A DNA stretch of 64,000 bases from Lytechinus pictus (taxonomy: Eukaryota): positions 11,718,001 to 11,782,000 of the forward strand of contig NC_087250.1 in NCBI RefSeq assembly GCF_037042905.1, in the 5' to 3' direction. Positions 26,132-40,250 of the stretch are shown here, piece by piece (positions within the stretch are counted from its first letter, which is position 1; every line of letters begins with the position of its first letter). The translations under genes and the position numbers were made by a program. Below the pieces are notes generated by a model. It was given only the letters and a program-made list of their open reading frames with translations. It had not been told where the DNA came from and made no database searches.

Positions 26132-26455
26132 GCACTACTCGTTGNNNNNNNNNNNNNNNNNNNNNNNNNNNNNNNNNNNNNNNNNNNNNNNNNNNNNNNN
26201 NNNNNNNNNNNNNNNNNNNNNNNNNNNNNNNNNNNNNNNNNNNNNNNNNNNNNNNNNNNNNNNNNNNNNNNNNNNNNNNNNNNNNNNNNNNNNNNNNNNN
26301 NNNNNNNNNNNNNNNNNNNNNNNNNNNNNNNNNNNNNNNNTTCAATTGGATATAGGTTTTAACACACACACTCATATATATGTATACATATATACTCAGG
26401 TAGGTAAGTATATAGTGATATACGGCAATATCTAATAGTGCTCGACTGTGTAGGA

Positions 26456-26502
26456 GCTGAGTCGCTGATGAGCCTTAGGGTGAAACAGTCTGTACGACTA
26501 GC
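26456..26502 (+). ncRNA. Minimal type I hammerhead ribozyme motif (Penelope-like)
   Basis: agtcg CTGATGA gcc-ttag-ggt GAAA cagtctg TA cgact: stem I agtcg/cgact, canonical CUGAUGA and GAAA core, quasi-palindromic stem III, GUA cleavage triplet. Confidence 0.7.
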
Positions 26503-28414
26503 TTAGTTAAGCAATCCAACCAAACAATTATTTATACATGTATACTCATACATACTATTAAGTTCCCAATTATATATTTTTACTTCTTCGAAGGAGATCC
26601 AGGCTTTGCAAGGTTGGACGCATCATTTCCATTTACATAAAATGTGCTCTATTTTTATACTGCTTTTCGTTTCAATTGTCAACCAGTTAATTTGTACCTG
26701 TCTTATATTACTTCGTACTATGTATATAGGCGCTGAAATAAAGTAGTGCCAAAAGACTAGTTGTTCTGATTGAAATGGCCATTAATTTCTGAAGAACACT
26801 CAAACCATATGCCTCTTCAATGAAATAAACAACATCCTCGGGCAATAGCAAAACGACACCCCTTTCAAACTTTTACAGACACCATAAGCTTCATTTGTTG
26901 TTCATGAGATGACAACATCAGATGTGTTTCTTTATCTTCCCTTTTTTCTTCTACAGCTCCTACTTTGAACAGACCGATATAAAGAGTACCAAAGGCAAAT
27001 TATAACAAAAACAACAACATAAAATACTAGTTCTACTACACCAGTAATACGACGTTCTACTAGTACAAAAAACCGCAATGACTACTACAACTACTACGAN
27101 NNNNNNNNNNNNNNNNNNNNNNNNNNNNNNNNNNNNNNNNNNNNNNNNNNNNNNNNNNNNNNNNNNNNNNNNNNNNNNNNNNNNNNNNNNNNNNNNNNNN
27201 NNNNNNNNNNNNNNNNNNNNNNNNNNNNNNNNNNNNNNNNNNNNNNNNNNNNNNNNNNNNNNNNNNNNNNNNNAGTACTACTACTACTACTGCTACTCTT
27301 ACTACTGCTACTGCTGCTGCTGCTGCTACTTCTACTACTACAACTAACACAAGTAATGACGCTACTACTGCTATTAGTAATAATGGGAGTAGAAAGGGGT
27401 TGACTTTGAAGCACCGTATCTACCGTCTACTACAACGTTTATTAAGAACAAAATCAGTAAAATTCTAGAATTAATGAATAAAGTATTCAAATAAAACAAA
27501 AGTATAGACAAGAAAAAAAGACGCATTGGGTGATTTATCTCTGCAGGCATAAGGCATATTTAAGTGGGTTTCAAGCCACTGAATATACATTTCTATGAAT
27601 TCATTGCCTGAATCGGACATTTTCTCACAAAACATTGAATGTTTAAAATTTGGGTTGGCTAAAAAACAGTTGTGCTCANNNNNNNNNNNNNNNNNNNNNN
27701 NNNNNNNNNNNNNNNNNNNNNNNNNNNNNNNNNNNNNNNNNNNNNNNNNNNNNNNNNNNNNNNNNNNNNNNNNNNNNNNNNNNNNNNNNNNNNNNNNNNN
27801 NNNNNNNNNNNNNNNNNNNNNNNNNNNNNNNNNNNNNNNNNNNNNNNNNNNNNNNNNNNNNNNNNNTACTACTGCTACTCTTACTACTGCTACTGTTGCT
27901 GCTGCTGCTACTTCTACTACTACAACTAACACAAGTAATGACGCTACTACTGCTATTAGTAATAATGGGAGTAGAAAGGGGTTGACTTTGAAGCACCGTA
28001 TCTACCGTCTACTACAACGTTTATTAAGAACAAAATCAGTAAAATTCTAGAATTAATGAATAAAGTATTCAAATAAAACAAAAGTATAGACAAGAAAAAA
28101 AGACGCATTGGGTGATTTATCTCTGCAGGCATAAGGCATATTTAAGTGGGTTTCAAGCCACTGAATATACATTTCTATGAATTCATTGCCTGAATCGGAC
28201 ATTTTCTCACAAAACATTGAATGTTTAAAATTTGGGTTGGCTAAAAAACAGTTGTGCTCAAAAGTTAGTGAGCCCCACAACCATGACAACGAATGCACTC
28301 ATTTATTATGCAGAGTGTTGAATGTAGACAACAACACTACAATGCTCGGCAAGCCCAGAGAACAAACTTTATGAATGTAATATTCATTACCCGACTCACA
28401 ATTAAATATCTAAA

Positions 28415-28677
28415 ATAATCATTCATTTCATTCATTTATTTATTAATTTTTCCAACAAATTTATAATGCAATAATTACAATAAATAAAACATAACATCAG
28501 AAAATATAAATGACATAAATATTCAAATAAACCAAATATAAAGATTATACACCTGATACAGAAGTAAATATTTCCAATTTGATAATAACAATATGCAAGA
28601 TATGTTGGAAAAATGGAGTGGCCCACTAAAAAGCAAAGCTTGTAAAGTGTGGACCACTCAAGAAGAAAAAAGTATAA
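28415..28677 (-). mobile_element. LINE 3'-tail fragment specific to copy 3 upstream region
   Basis: Stem-loop gagtggtccacactttacaagctttgctttttagtgggccactc (minus) resembling the 54580-54622 tail, (GAAT)n end; empty site at about 15686. Confidence 0.75.
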
Positions 28678-30105
28678 CATATCAGAATTGGAACACTTGA
28701 ATTATATTCACTTTTTGTCGGGGTTCACTTAACAAATACGACGACATGTACCCGGCAAAGGTAATGGATTTCATTGTGTAAAAATGCAACTAACGTATAA
28801 ACTACCCCTAAAACCCGAAAAACAACAACACAAACAAAATGATGAATAATAAAGGATGAAAATTGCTTCGGTTGTGATGGTGATTTACCACTTTATGAAT
28901 TAAAATAGATTTACAAACTGTTGATAACCATTCAAGAGGATAGAAACTGCTTTTGTCACTGAAATTTTGTTGATAATACTATACCTATGCATTAAACTTA
29001 ACCGACATGATACATGTAAACACGTAGTAATGAACTTCTTTGATGCAAACGGCGAGATTTATCCAGTATGTCCAGAAACCGAAAGGCGCTGGCCAACGTC
29101 ATACCGCATTTTGTTGCCAAGTGATAAATATACACCACCGTTCCTATTGTCAGTGCATAGACGAATGCGTTTCGTGAAGAGAGATATCGCCAATTTGCAA
29201 AGGCTCGTCATCAATGCAGCCAATATACTGTACATAAGGGAATGGTTCTAAACAGCGAGGAATGCAATATATTTTGCTGCTAGTATGAAGCCCTTCCATA
29301 TAATATATAAGACCGTATGTATTCAATACACCTTTTCTTCTATTTTTAATGATAATATATTTTGTCTGGACTTCTGTCACGTTGTTGCTTTTATTTCAAT
29401 TTTGCAGTACTCATTGGATTTACGGTAATTGGTAAACAACATCATTGGTTATCGAGATTTCTAGTAGGCCAAAGCTATGGAAGCTTAAAAAAGCCACCCA
29501 GATGTTGATATAAATAATCATCTCGTCATGTCTACATCTCTTAGGAAAAAAATATATGACGAGATCTCGGATCTCACCATGTCTACATCCCGTTGGCATG
29601 GTGGGAGAGATGATCAGATGACAACATCTTAGATCTCGTCATGTCTACATCCCGTGTGAGAGATAATCAGATGACAAGATCGTGCATCTCGTCATGTCTA
29701 AATCTTATAGAAGAGATGCTCAGATGGCAAGATCTCGGATCTCGTCACGTCTACATCCTGTGGGAGAGATGATAAGATGGCAAGATCTAGGATCCAAGAT
29801 CTTGCCATCTGATCATCTCTTCTAGAAGATGTAAACATGACGAGATTCGAGATCTTGCCATCTGTTTTTAATATTTTTTTTTATCCAATCCAACTTTTTG
29901 TTGGGATGGACTTACCCTTTAAGATATTTCTAGGCAAGAGGATGGCATTTGGAAAAAAAAGGGCAAAGGGGGTGGGGTTAAGAAAACAACATTCAGCGAA
30001 TAACTCACCCGACATTCTTTTTAGGGCCTATACCTGAATGAATAATGATGACTTGCATCCTTTTTTTTCTTTACGATTTTATAGGTTTCGTAACGTATGC
30101 TAAAG

Positions 30106-32809
30106 ATGGGTTCTTCTGCAAGTGCTAGAAGGATTCCACCAGTGCAAAAGATTGCAGAACCTCCATCTGTCGAAAACTCAAACGCTACCCGAGAAGTAGG
30201 AGGCCACAATGAAGCGGACAGTGGTCCAGTGGAACCGGAATTAATAACTGAGCCATCCAACCCAGTTCCCGCTGACACCCTGGCCGATATTTCAGACGTT
30301 ATGCTTGTGGACTCTGCAGCTGCAAAGGCAAAACGAATCGAGGAGTTCAGTGAGGAGATCAAACAATGTCTTATCCCTGTAAAAGAAGGTATCCAGCACA
30401 TCCAGGAATGTGACAATTTCCCATGTGTCTCGTGCAACGGGCACATGAGGGGTATCAGCAAAGTTTCAGGGAACAAGAACATTGACCGCAACGCTGCCGC
30501 GGACGGGTTGGCCATTTACACGGACTACTGCAAAATGTTTAGCTATAGATGGTCAAAGGGGGAATTGTTACAGCAGATTGAGAATGCTGGTGCTGATGCT
30601 GAAGAATTGACGCCTCAAAAGAAAACAATATTTACGTTTTATATTGAACTGTTAGTTTCCAGTTGGAACTTCACCGATAATTCCGAGTACTTCTGTCTGC
30701 AAATGGAAGAGGACGGGTGCCTGGCGTTGATATCGGACTGGTTTTTACATCTGATCGAGGGTTCAAAGTCCAGAAATAAATGGGTTAATGATCTAGTCTT
30801 CGATGCAATGAACGTAATTGACAATTCATGCATGAGAGTGCGGGCTTTGGCTCCAAGGCACCACCGAGTCGTACCTGCTCTTCAGAGGTTTAGCGAGTCA
30901 ACAGGAAGCCTCACCCAGACAATCGCGTTCATGACGTTGGCGAAGCTAGTGAAGAAAGAAGAAGCCGACAAGCTATCCACCAATACCAAATGCATTTTTT
31001 TTCTATTGTCTCTTCTGAGGAAATGCCTCTCAAATCGAGACCACAAGTCCTCAATTAAAAGACAAACATCTAAGAAGGACATTGTCACCGTAGTAAGTCT
31101 AGATGCAGAAGAGCTCGTGAAATCCGTAGAAGATCTAGCCATTAATGATAACAACAAAAAGCTCATTGTTACAGAAGGTGGGATCCCACTCCTTGCGAAA
31201 TTGCTCAAACCAAAATGTACCACCGAAGAGAAGACCTCTGCCGCGAATACCATCTGGAGACTGGCATTCCTCAAGGAAAATAAAGAAAAATTTCGCAAAT
31301 TCCAGGGTATCATATACAGTGAGTACCTTTCAAATATTATGCATTGTCACACTAACGTTGAAACCTATTATGATAAAATAATCGGCAAAGACGTTTTGCA
31401 TATACGTAGAATGAACAAGTAAACTCAAACAACATAAGTAGCTGGCCTAGCGATCCATCGGCAATTAGACCTTGCATCTAAATTTAGTAAACCAGGAAAA
31501 TGGAGCACTATGAGTAGTAACTAACCAATTTGGTGTATCTCGTTTATTTAGATTAATTCGAAGGCAAGAGTGTCAACTCAAAGATAGTTCAGTAACAAAA
31601 TTGGAAACCTATGCACAAAGCGCTAGTTTCCTTATTGTTTATGGCTAAAACAATACGAATTTAATCACTTTACTAGATCTGACCGAGTATTCCCAGAGTG
31701 AGCACGAAAAACTCCGTACTGCCTGCATGGGAGCTCTCTTCGAGATCTACGAATCCAGACTTCCTGAAAACCTGAAGAGCAAGAAAACCGACGATGGGTC
31801 ACCGCAGAGGGCGTCATCCGACACTGCAAAGTCAACTGGACACATCATGCTCAGTTACAAATGGGAACACCCGTCCAAACCTGTGATGAGAGAGTTCAAG
31901 AAGGAGCTTCGAAAGAGAGGATACGCTGTATGGATGGATGAGGACCATATGAGTAAGTCCATGGATCCTTAACACAAAGATTAGCAATTGCAAGCCTGAT
32001 TTTCACAATTAACATTACATTCAAGTCAATGAAATCAACCGTAAAACATTTTATAACATAATTGCTAAGCTTTATGTTATGGGCCCCAGATCAATCTTAA
32101 AATCCATTATGATGTCCTTACATTAACTGTGGTAAAATAAGAACAACTTTTTAGATGTACGTGTCAGGAATTATGTCATCCCAGGCCTTTATTGCCATCC
32201 ACTCATTTCTTAATTCACCATCCCCATTTCCCCTTTCTTCTTTCTCTTCTTTATCATCATCTTCTTTTTTCCTCCTTCTCTTTCTATTCTTTTACATTTC
32301 ATTTTCCTACTTGTGATTGTCTCTTCGAAAATCAATTTCTCTTCAATACATCCAAATTTCACATACATTTATGTTATTTTTTTGTTGTTTTAGTGGGTGA
32401 TAAAATTGGGGCGATGGCAGAAGCTGTAGAGAATGCTGATATGATAATTGCCTGTATTACAAGTGGTTACCAAGATAGTCAAGACTGCAGAACAGGTGAA
32501 AACTTTCTCTTTTCCATCTGCTCATCATCATCATCGCAATCAACATCGGTCATCACTGCATACATCATCATTATTATCACCACCGCCACCATGATCATCA
32601 TCGTNNNNNNNNNNNNNNNNNNNNNNNNNNNNNNNNNNNNNNNNNNNNNNNNNNNNNNNNNNNNNNNNNNNNNNNNNNNNNNNNNNNNNNNNNNNNNNNN
32701 NNNNNNNNNNNNNNNNNNNNNNNNNNNNNNNNNNNNNNNNNNNNNNNNNNNNNNNNNNNNNNNNNNNNNNNNNNNNNNNNNNNNNNNNNNNNNNNNNNNN
32801 NTCATCAAC

Positions 32810-32840
<31 letters not shown>

Positions 32841-35800
32841 CTATCATCACCATCATCATCACCATCATCATTATCATCATCATCTCCATCATTTTTTTAT
32901 TTTCATTTTTATTGTAATATATTTATTCAGGATAAAGAAAAAGGTCAGCCGAGGCTGTTTTACATCATGGTCCTGACACACACAAAATATATACTATGCA
33001 CAAAATTATTTTAAAAAGAGGTAACGACTACAATGGCTCACAATATAAAAGTAATAAACGGTCTGACCTAGAAGGAAAACGGGATAAAAGAAGGAAGAAA
33101 GACGAGAGAGAGAGAGAGAGAGGAAGGAAGGTAAGAGAAAGATAGGGAGAAAAGGAGGGAGAAAGAAATAAAAGACGGTCGGTCAATTATTGAACAATAC
33201 ATATTATGTCATTAAACGGTAGATTTAAAATAATGGCATTTATACTACGCTTAAAAACTTCAAGAGATTTAGCATTCTGAATATCAGATGGAAGGCTATT
33301 CCAAACCAAGCCGCCAGCATATTTAAAACAACTCTTAAAACATTCGAGAGTAGGCTTTGGTAAAACGACGTTCAACGTATTGGCAAGTCTAGTACCAAAA
33401 GAGTGTCTTTCAAAAACCATTTCCACTTCATTGCACATTCGGACTGGGGCCTTTCCATGAATACAGCTATACATTATACAAGCTAAAAAGTAATAAGATC
33501 TGATATCAAGAGTTTGCCATTTAAGTGAATTAATTATACTAAGGCCATGTACATTGTAATCAAAATTCCCTGTAACTATGCGTGCAGCCCTTTTCTGTAA
33601 ACGTAAAAGTGTATTTCTATGATGTAAAGAACAGTTTCCCCATACGGAACAAGAATAATCAAAGGTTGGTTGTATGGTGCATTTATATATTTTATTGAAA
33701 ACTTCCTTGCGTAAAAAATTACTAATTTTCATTAGTGTAAATATCTTGTACATGTTGTAACTTAAAGATTTAATTAAATATTTGATATGAGCATCCCAGC
33801 ATAGTTTACTATCTAACATGATGCCTAGGTATTTTGTGCTTTGTACTTGTTCAATGATATCATTATTAATATACACCTTCAATTTAAGATCATTATTATT
33901 CCTTGAATTATTGGCCAAAATCATGACATTACTTTTTTCGCATTAATCCTTAATCTGTTACAGTAATACCATTCATTAGTAGAATTCAAATCTGCTTGAA
34001 GCTTGGATGTAATAACATTAATATCTTTATCAGACACATATATTACAACATCATCAGCGTAAATATTACATATACTATTCTTTAAACAATCTGTAATATC
34101 ATTCATAAAAATTAGAAAAAGGGAAGGACCTAAAAAAATACCTTGAGGAATTCCTATGGATATATCTTTTGTTTTAGATTGTTTACCTTGAGAAAAAAAC
34201 TGCTTGTTTTCTGTCTGAAAGAAAACTTTGAAACCAAAGGAGTTCAGTGTCAGAAATGCCATAATTATTCAGTTTAAAAAGTAATAGTTTATGTTCAATA
34301 CAATCAAAACATTTAGAAATATCAAGGAAACATGCACCAACATTTTCTCCTTCATTAAAAGATTCGTACCAATCATCAATAATTCTATCTAAGCAAGTAT
34401 TTTGGTTGAGTGATTTGGCAAGAAGGCATATTGGTCAATATTAATAAGATCGTTCGTCTGTAAATAAGATAAAAATTGGGATTGAACTTCCATTTCCACT
34501 AGTATAGCAATATGACATACAACACAAATTGGTCTATAATTAGAAATGTCATTGGTGTCATCTACACCCTTATAAACCGGTGTAGTAGTTCTTTAGATTT
34601 TCCAATCATCAGGTAATGTTCCAGACATCAAACTTGCGTTGAACAAATTGGTTAAAGATTCATAAATAAAAGGAACTGAACTACGAAGTAATTTAGTATC
34701 AAAGTCTAAAATATCAAGACTACTCAGATCAGACAAAAGAGAAATATTTTTATATGTGCTATCAGGCGTAATTGGTTTGAAGGTAAAAGAGTGGATACTG
34801 GTTGGATGATTCCATGATAAAGTGTGATGATTAAAAGTTTCTGAAAATTTGTTTTCCAACGTTCACGGAAAAATCATTAAATTTATCACTATCCAAATTT
34901 GATGGTAGGATAGAATCTGTTTTGTCTCTACCTGTAATTTTGTTTAATTCTTTCCAAAATTTTCTACTATCGTTGCTATATCTGTTAGACAGTGAATCAA
35001 ATATGTTTTCTTACTTTTACGTATTTCCTTAGTAACTGAGATTCGAATAAAGCGATATTCTGTAAGTAAATATAGAAGTTTTAAGGTATCATATTTTTCT
35101 TTTAAAAATTCCGTCTATAAATGGGTTTAATAATGTTTGAATTCATCCATGGACAGTGTCTGTCCTTAACCCGACATTCCTTGATAGGAGCANNNNNNNN
35201 NNNNNNNNNNNNNNNNNNNNNNNNNNNNNNNNNNNNNNNNNNNNNNNNNNNNNNNNNNNNNNNNNNNNNNNNNNNNNNNNNNNNNNNNNNNNNNNNNNNN
35301 NNNNNNNNNNNNNNNNNNNNNNNNNNNNNNNNNNNNNNNNNNNNNNNNNNNNNNNNNNNNNNNNNNNNNNNNNNNNNNNNNNNNNNNNNNNNNNNNNNNN
35401 NNNNNNNNNNNNNNNNNNNNNNNNNNNNNNNNNNNNNNNNNNNNNNNNNNNNNNNNNNNNNNNNNNNNNNNNNNNNNNNNNNNNNNNNNNNNNNNNNNNN
35501 NNNNNNNNNNNNNNNNNNNNNNNNNNNNNNNNNNNNNNNNNNNNNNNNNNNNNNNAACATCATCAACTGTGCATGGCAGGTTATTAAAAAGAGCCACCCT
35601 TTTGTCCAGAAACAAACAGACCACATATTCTCGGAATTTAAACGGCAAAGTAAGATGACACTCTATACTATACTAGCATTGTATAGTCTATGCTGTGGCG
35701 TAGAAATGAGGGGGGGGGGTTAGGGATGCTTCACCCCCCAATATTTTGCACGACCTAGACCCCCCAAAAATGATAAAAGGAAAAAAAAGTAAAGAGAGTA

Positions 35801-37107
35801 GGGTGAAATATTAGATTATTTTCTGGATATCATGTCAAAATCTATCCCAAAATTGTATTTTTGTAATAAAAGTGCTGAAATTTTAAAGATGTTTACCCAA
35901 TATGCTATATCTGGCCTTCTCAATTCTTTGTGGTTGATTACGCCACTGAGTCTGTGGAAGTATTCCAAAATGAAAAAGGGATGTCTGCTACTGATGTGTA
36001 AGTCACTGTTGTCCCCTTTCCAAATGCATCATTAACGTATACGTATTGAAAGTTCCTACTTATTTCAAAGACTCTCATTTAATAATTTCAGAAGCGTCTT
36101 ATGCATACGAATGCAAGAAGAAGATAATTCCAGTGAAAGTTAAGGCCGACTTCAAAGCTTCTGGCTGGCTAGGGGGTATTACGGCCGGTAAGATATACTA
36201 CATCGTGCAAAAAGCAGAGCTCGTCTCCGAAGTACTTCCTAGTATCATAGAAAAAGAATTCGCTGTGCAGAAAGAAACAATCCAGAAGGTGAATGCTACA
36301 ACGACAGGTATGTGATTCTGAATCTATGCACCCTATTCCCCACCCCTTCCTAACAAAAGCCCATGTGGAACGAGATGTACGCGAGGGGAAATACATAATT
36401 TTTTAAATTTGAAATCAAAGACCAGGTCGAGTTTCTACATGAAATCTCGACCATTTAAAAATGGTCGCGTTTTTACAAATTCTTTATTGAGAAATGCAAT
36501 AGTCCCCCCCCCCTTACCCACTTGTTTCACAGCGTACGCTTATGGACATTTAACCAGGATGAACTAAACACATGTATTACGTACGTCACGGGAGAGTACA
36601 AACACAGATATAGACATAGAAATAAAATTCATTGCATTTTTTTCATACAATAGTCTATCAATAATTTCTTCCACCTCTGTCTTAATGTATATACATAATG
36701 CTAACGATTTCCCACTGCAAACGTTTTGAAAATTGCTGAGTTTTAACGTTACCTGTTCTCCAATTGCGACATTTTCATAGGTGCAAAGTCGAATAAAGCT
36801 ATTCTAATTTCGATTGCATTCCCTTTTCTTTATAGGGTCACAACTGCCGGAACAGGAACCGAAGTCACCTACAACAGAATCCCAAGTACCCGGATGGGAT
36901 TCCAAGAGGGTCCAGGATTGGCTGGCGGTGAACAACGTCACATCACGTAACAAAGCGCTTAAATCAATCAACGGAACTCAGTTGCTGCAGCTCAAGAAAC
37001 AGCTTACCACCGTACCACAGGCGTTCTATCAGTCCATGAAAGATGATCTGAAGGTTCCATACCTTGACGTTCTTTCCCTCGCAGCTGCACTTAAAAACCT
37101 TGAATAG
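30106..37107 (+). CDS. Myristoylation-motif ARM-TIR-SAM protein copy 3 (692 aa): join(30106..31318,31677..31952,32394..32495,36092..36307,36836..37107)
   Basis: Same exon sizes and splice sites, frame intact. Intron 3 is enlarged by an antisense LINE and contains two N gaps, so contiguity across this intron relies on scaffolding. Confidence 0.9.
32891..35192 (-). mobile_element. Degenerate CR1/L2-group LINE (frameshifted RT) in intron 3 of copy 3
   Basis: Broken ORFs 33187-33924, 33921-34262, 34593-34859, 35102-; motifs GIPQGIFLGPSLF, YADD (34050-34061), KYLG, LQKRAARI; 3' end abuts the (CAT)n tract; 5' end lost in N gap. Confidence 0.92.
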
Positions 37108-39225
37108 TCACGTGGTGTTTGCGTAACTGCCGATCACGTGATATCACCATCGGTACCATCAGCGAGCCCAGTTTACGACATGGACTTAAAACTCAAGAAA
37201 CACCTGACCACAATGGGAAATATAATGTTCCTTACCTTGAAGTTCCTTCTCTTGCAGCTGCTCTTGAAACCCTTGAATAGTCACGTGGTGTTTGCGTATT
37301 AACAGTCAATCACGTGATATCCCCGACGGTACCATCAACATGCCCATACCGGCAACTCAGGAAACACTAATGTTCCTTGCATTGAAGATCTTTCTCTCGC
37401 AGCTGCACTTGAAAGCCTGTATTAGTCACACAGTATTTGCGTCACTGCCATATCACGTTATATTTTCAACGGACCTGTTACTACAACTCAAGAAGCTACT
37501 TGTCACATTGCCAAAAACTTAATCAGTCAAGACAGTCTAATGTTCATCACCTTGAAGTCCTTCTCTTGCAGCTGCACTTGAAAACCTTGACTAGTCATTT
37601 TGTAAATTATATGTTAAGTTTATAGTTGTTATATTAGATTCCATGGTATTTGTAATATGTGTAGTGGTTTGCGCGCTTGCAGTGACAATTGATCTGTGTG
37701 TTAAAGCTAACAGCTGATTTTGGCAATGCTTGCATCAAAGGTTAATCACTGGAATATAACCTGATTTGTACAAATTTTCAAAACAGCGACACACAGACCC
37801 CTCTGTCTCTATGACACACAAAAACACAACTGCCTTCACGTACATCCTACTTTCTTTCTCTCACGGGTATAAATAGCGTTTAGGAAGCATCTTGTAGTGA
37901 ACAGTACCTTACTTAAATACCTGCTGTGAACAGAGTCAACAACTTTCTAATCATTTCCTTTTGTCAGGGGAGTTCCACAATGTTATATAGTGGGACCTTT
38001 GCTACTCATCCTCTATGCTCTTCTCCTTAGTTTGTCATGATAGTGATCACATATTTAAGGCGGATGGTACATCAATGTAAATAATTTTTGAGCATCGCCA
38101 CATTGTTTTTTGGGATGGTAAATATATAACTCTTTACTAGTGTTCATCAGATGTGAAGGTCTGGGCTAACAATCTTAAACGAGGTTGAACTTTTTCTGCC
38201 TGTGACGTCACCATTTCGGAGAGGTGATCTCATCGCCTTACATTCAGACCGCATGTCCTTATGCTTATGAGCAAAAAGGCCAGATTCATCCAAATCATCT
38301 CGTGGCTGAATCCTCCTCTTTGCAAAATCTTGTGATTCATGTTTTTTTTTCCTATAATTAACCTGTTTTAACCTCAAGTCAAATTAAACATCATTGCACC
38401 ATCAGATAGATTTAAAATGTTACTCTTTCATATTGATCATTTATTTTGTATTCAATATTTTGATAAATAGGTGAATTTCTGGCATGAAAATGTGCCATAA
38501 AACTGATTTTTCTTCGTCGGTTTTCTTTTACAAAGTGTGCAAAACTTTTTATTTTGAGCCTCAACGATATTCATATCACCATAAAACTGAACTTTTTAAT
38601 CGGGTCAAGATCACACTTTTCCCATCAAGAGACGAGATTACTGAAATTTTGGAGTAGCATGATCCAGAGTTCTGATTGGCTGGATAAGGTTCACAAAACA
38701 ACAGGCGCGGGTAATTTGAGGAGATTACCACATGGGGAGTGTGACCTTCCCGTGAACCCAGGTACTGAAACCGTTGGAATTTGCCAGTGTGTGGTCTCTT
38801 TGACCAATCAGAGTGCATTATTCTTGTTTTCAAGCTGCTTTATGTACTTGGCCAATGAAAAGTGTGATCTTGACCCGATTAACCTAATTCTTATTTTGAA
38901 ACCTATACCATTTAAAGCATACCTATTCAGCTTTATCATGATTTAAAAATCATTTGGGCTCAATCAATAATAAAGTGTAAAAATAACACATTTTGTCAGG
39001 TGAAAATAATTATTTTTTAGCACAATTTAGATCAAAAGTTTCACCTACATTACATAATCTTTGAATAAATTCAAACATATGACCTTAAAGAATAATTCTT
39101 CTTCTTTACAATGATACCAAAATCATGAAATTCGATGTACAATTAAAACAGCAATGACCGAATAAAAAGAGGTGTTTTGGTCCGCATCAAGCTCATTCAA
39201 TATGCAAAACTTCTGTAGTCATGAA

Positions 39226-39339
39226 CAGTGGCGGACCGTGACCCGGAGAAGACAAAGCATTGTAGGGGCACTGTATTGTTTGCGAACAATGCTGTGCCCC
39301 TCCAATGCTTTGTCTCCTCTGGGTCACGGTCTGCCACTG
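39226..39339. mobile_element. 114-bp palindromic hAT-like MITE
   Basis: cagtggcggaccgtgacccggagaagacaaagcattg ... caatgctttgtctcctctgggtcacggtctgccactg; flanks GTCATGAA / GTCATAAA. Confidence 0.85.
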
Positions 39340-40250
39340 GTCATAAATATCACTTGGATGAAAAAAACCACTTTTGGCGGACCTGCCTACTGACTGCTTA
39401 GTTGATGGGACTGCTGTCATACCTTCAAAGTCTTCCTTGTACCTTGGACCCACAATCCAGATACCATTTACCGTGAAGCAGATTATCCAGAATAAAAGTA
39501 AAAGTAAAACTGCTGCATATAAACTTTTTAAAATGTGGAAGTATTTAGAAAAAAAGACACAAAACAAAATGCTGAAAATGTCCTTATTTTTCTAAGTTGA
39601 GCAATAATTTATGAAAACAATTATACGAACATTGTCATGAATATTCATCAGGTGGGCTGATAATGGAATGTCCCACTTTCATTTTTCTTATTTTATGACA
39701 TGAAATCATAATTAATTTATACTTTTATACATGTGTGTATGGTACGTCTCACTTATAATCAAATAAGATGTAACAATGAATATCCAATTGATAAAATCAT
39801 TTGTCAATCCATTTTGTTATTCTTAGAGGACACAATCTGAATAAATATATTTTATATTATATGTCTTTTGCACATTATCAGTTGTTCCCCATTCCTTCGC
39901 TTTATCCCCACTCTTATGCACCAGTTTATTATGCCTTTCTTTGTAACCTGTTTGACCCACCTCTCACTAATTATCTTGTTATTTATCTCTTCCTCATACC
40001 CTCTATCACTGTTTTGTTCCAGATCCTGTTTGATGTTGCCTGCCTCATTATCTTAATTCCTCTTAGCTTAAGGTATTTCACTGGCCTTACTTACACTAAC
40101 TTCCCTTTGTGTCTGCCTACTCCTTTTCTTCCATCCCCTTCTCTAACCTGATTGGTCATCACTACTCTCTAAGCCTTCTTGTTTCTAGTGCTGCTGTTGC
40201 ATGTCTGTGGTCTATATTATGGTTGTTCCACTTTATATGTTTGTCATTTT

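Noticed and set aside
27275-28260. Duplicated block on both sides of the gap at 27679-27866
   Set aside because: Essentially identical and gap-adjacent; probable assembly overlap artefact
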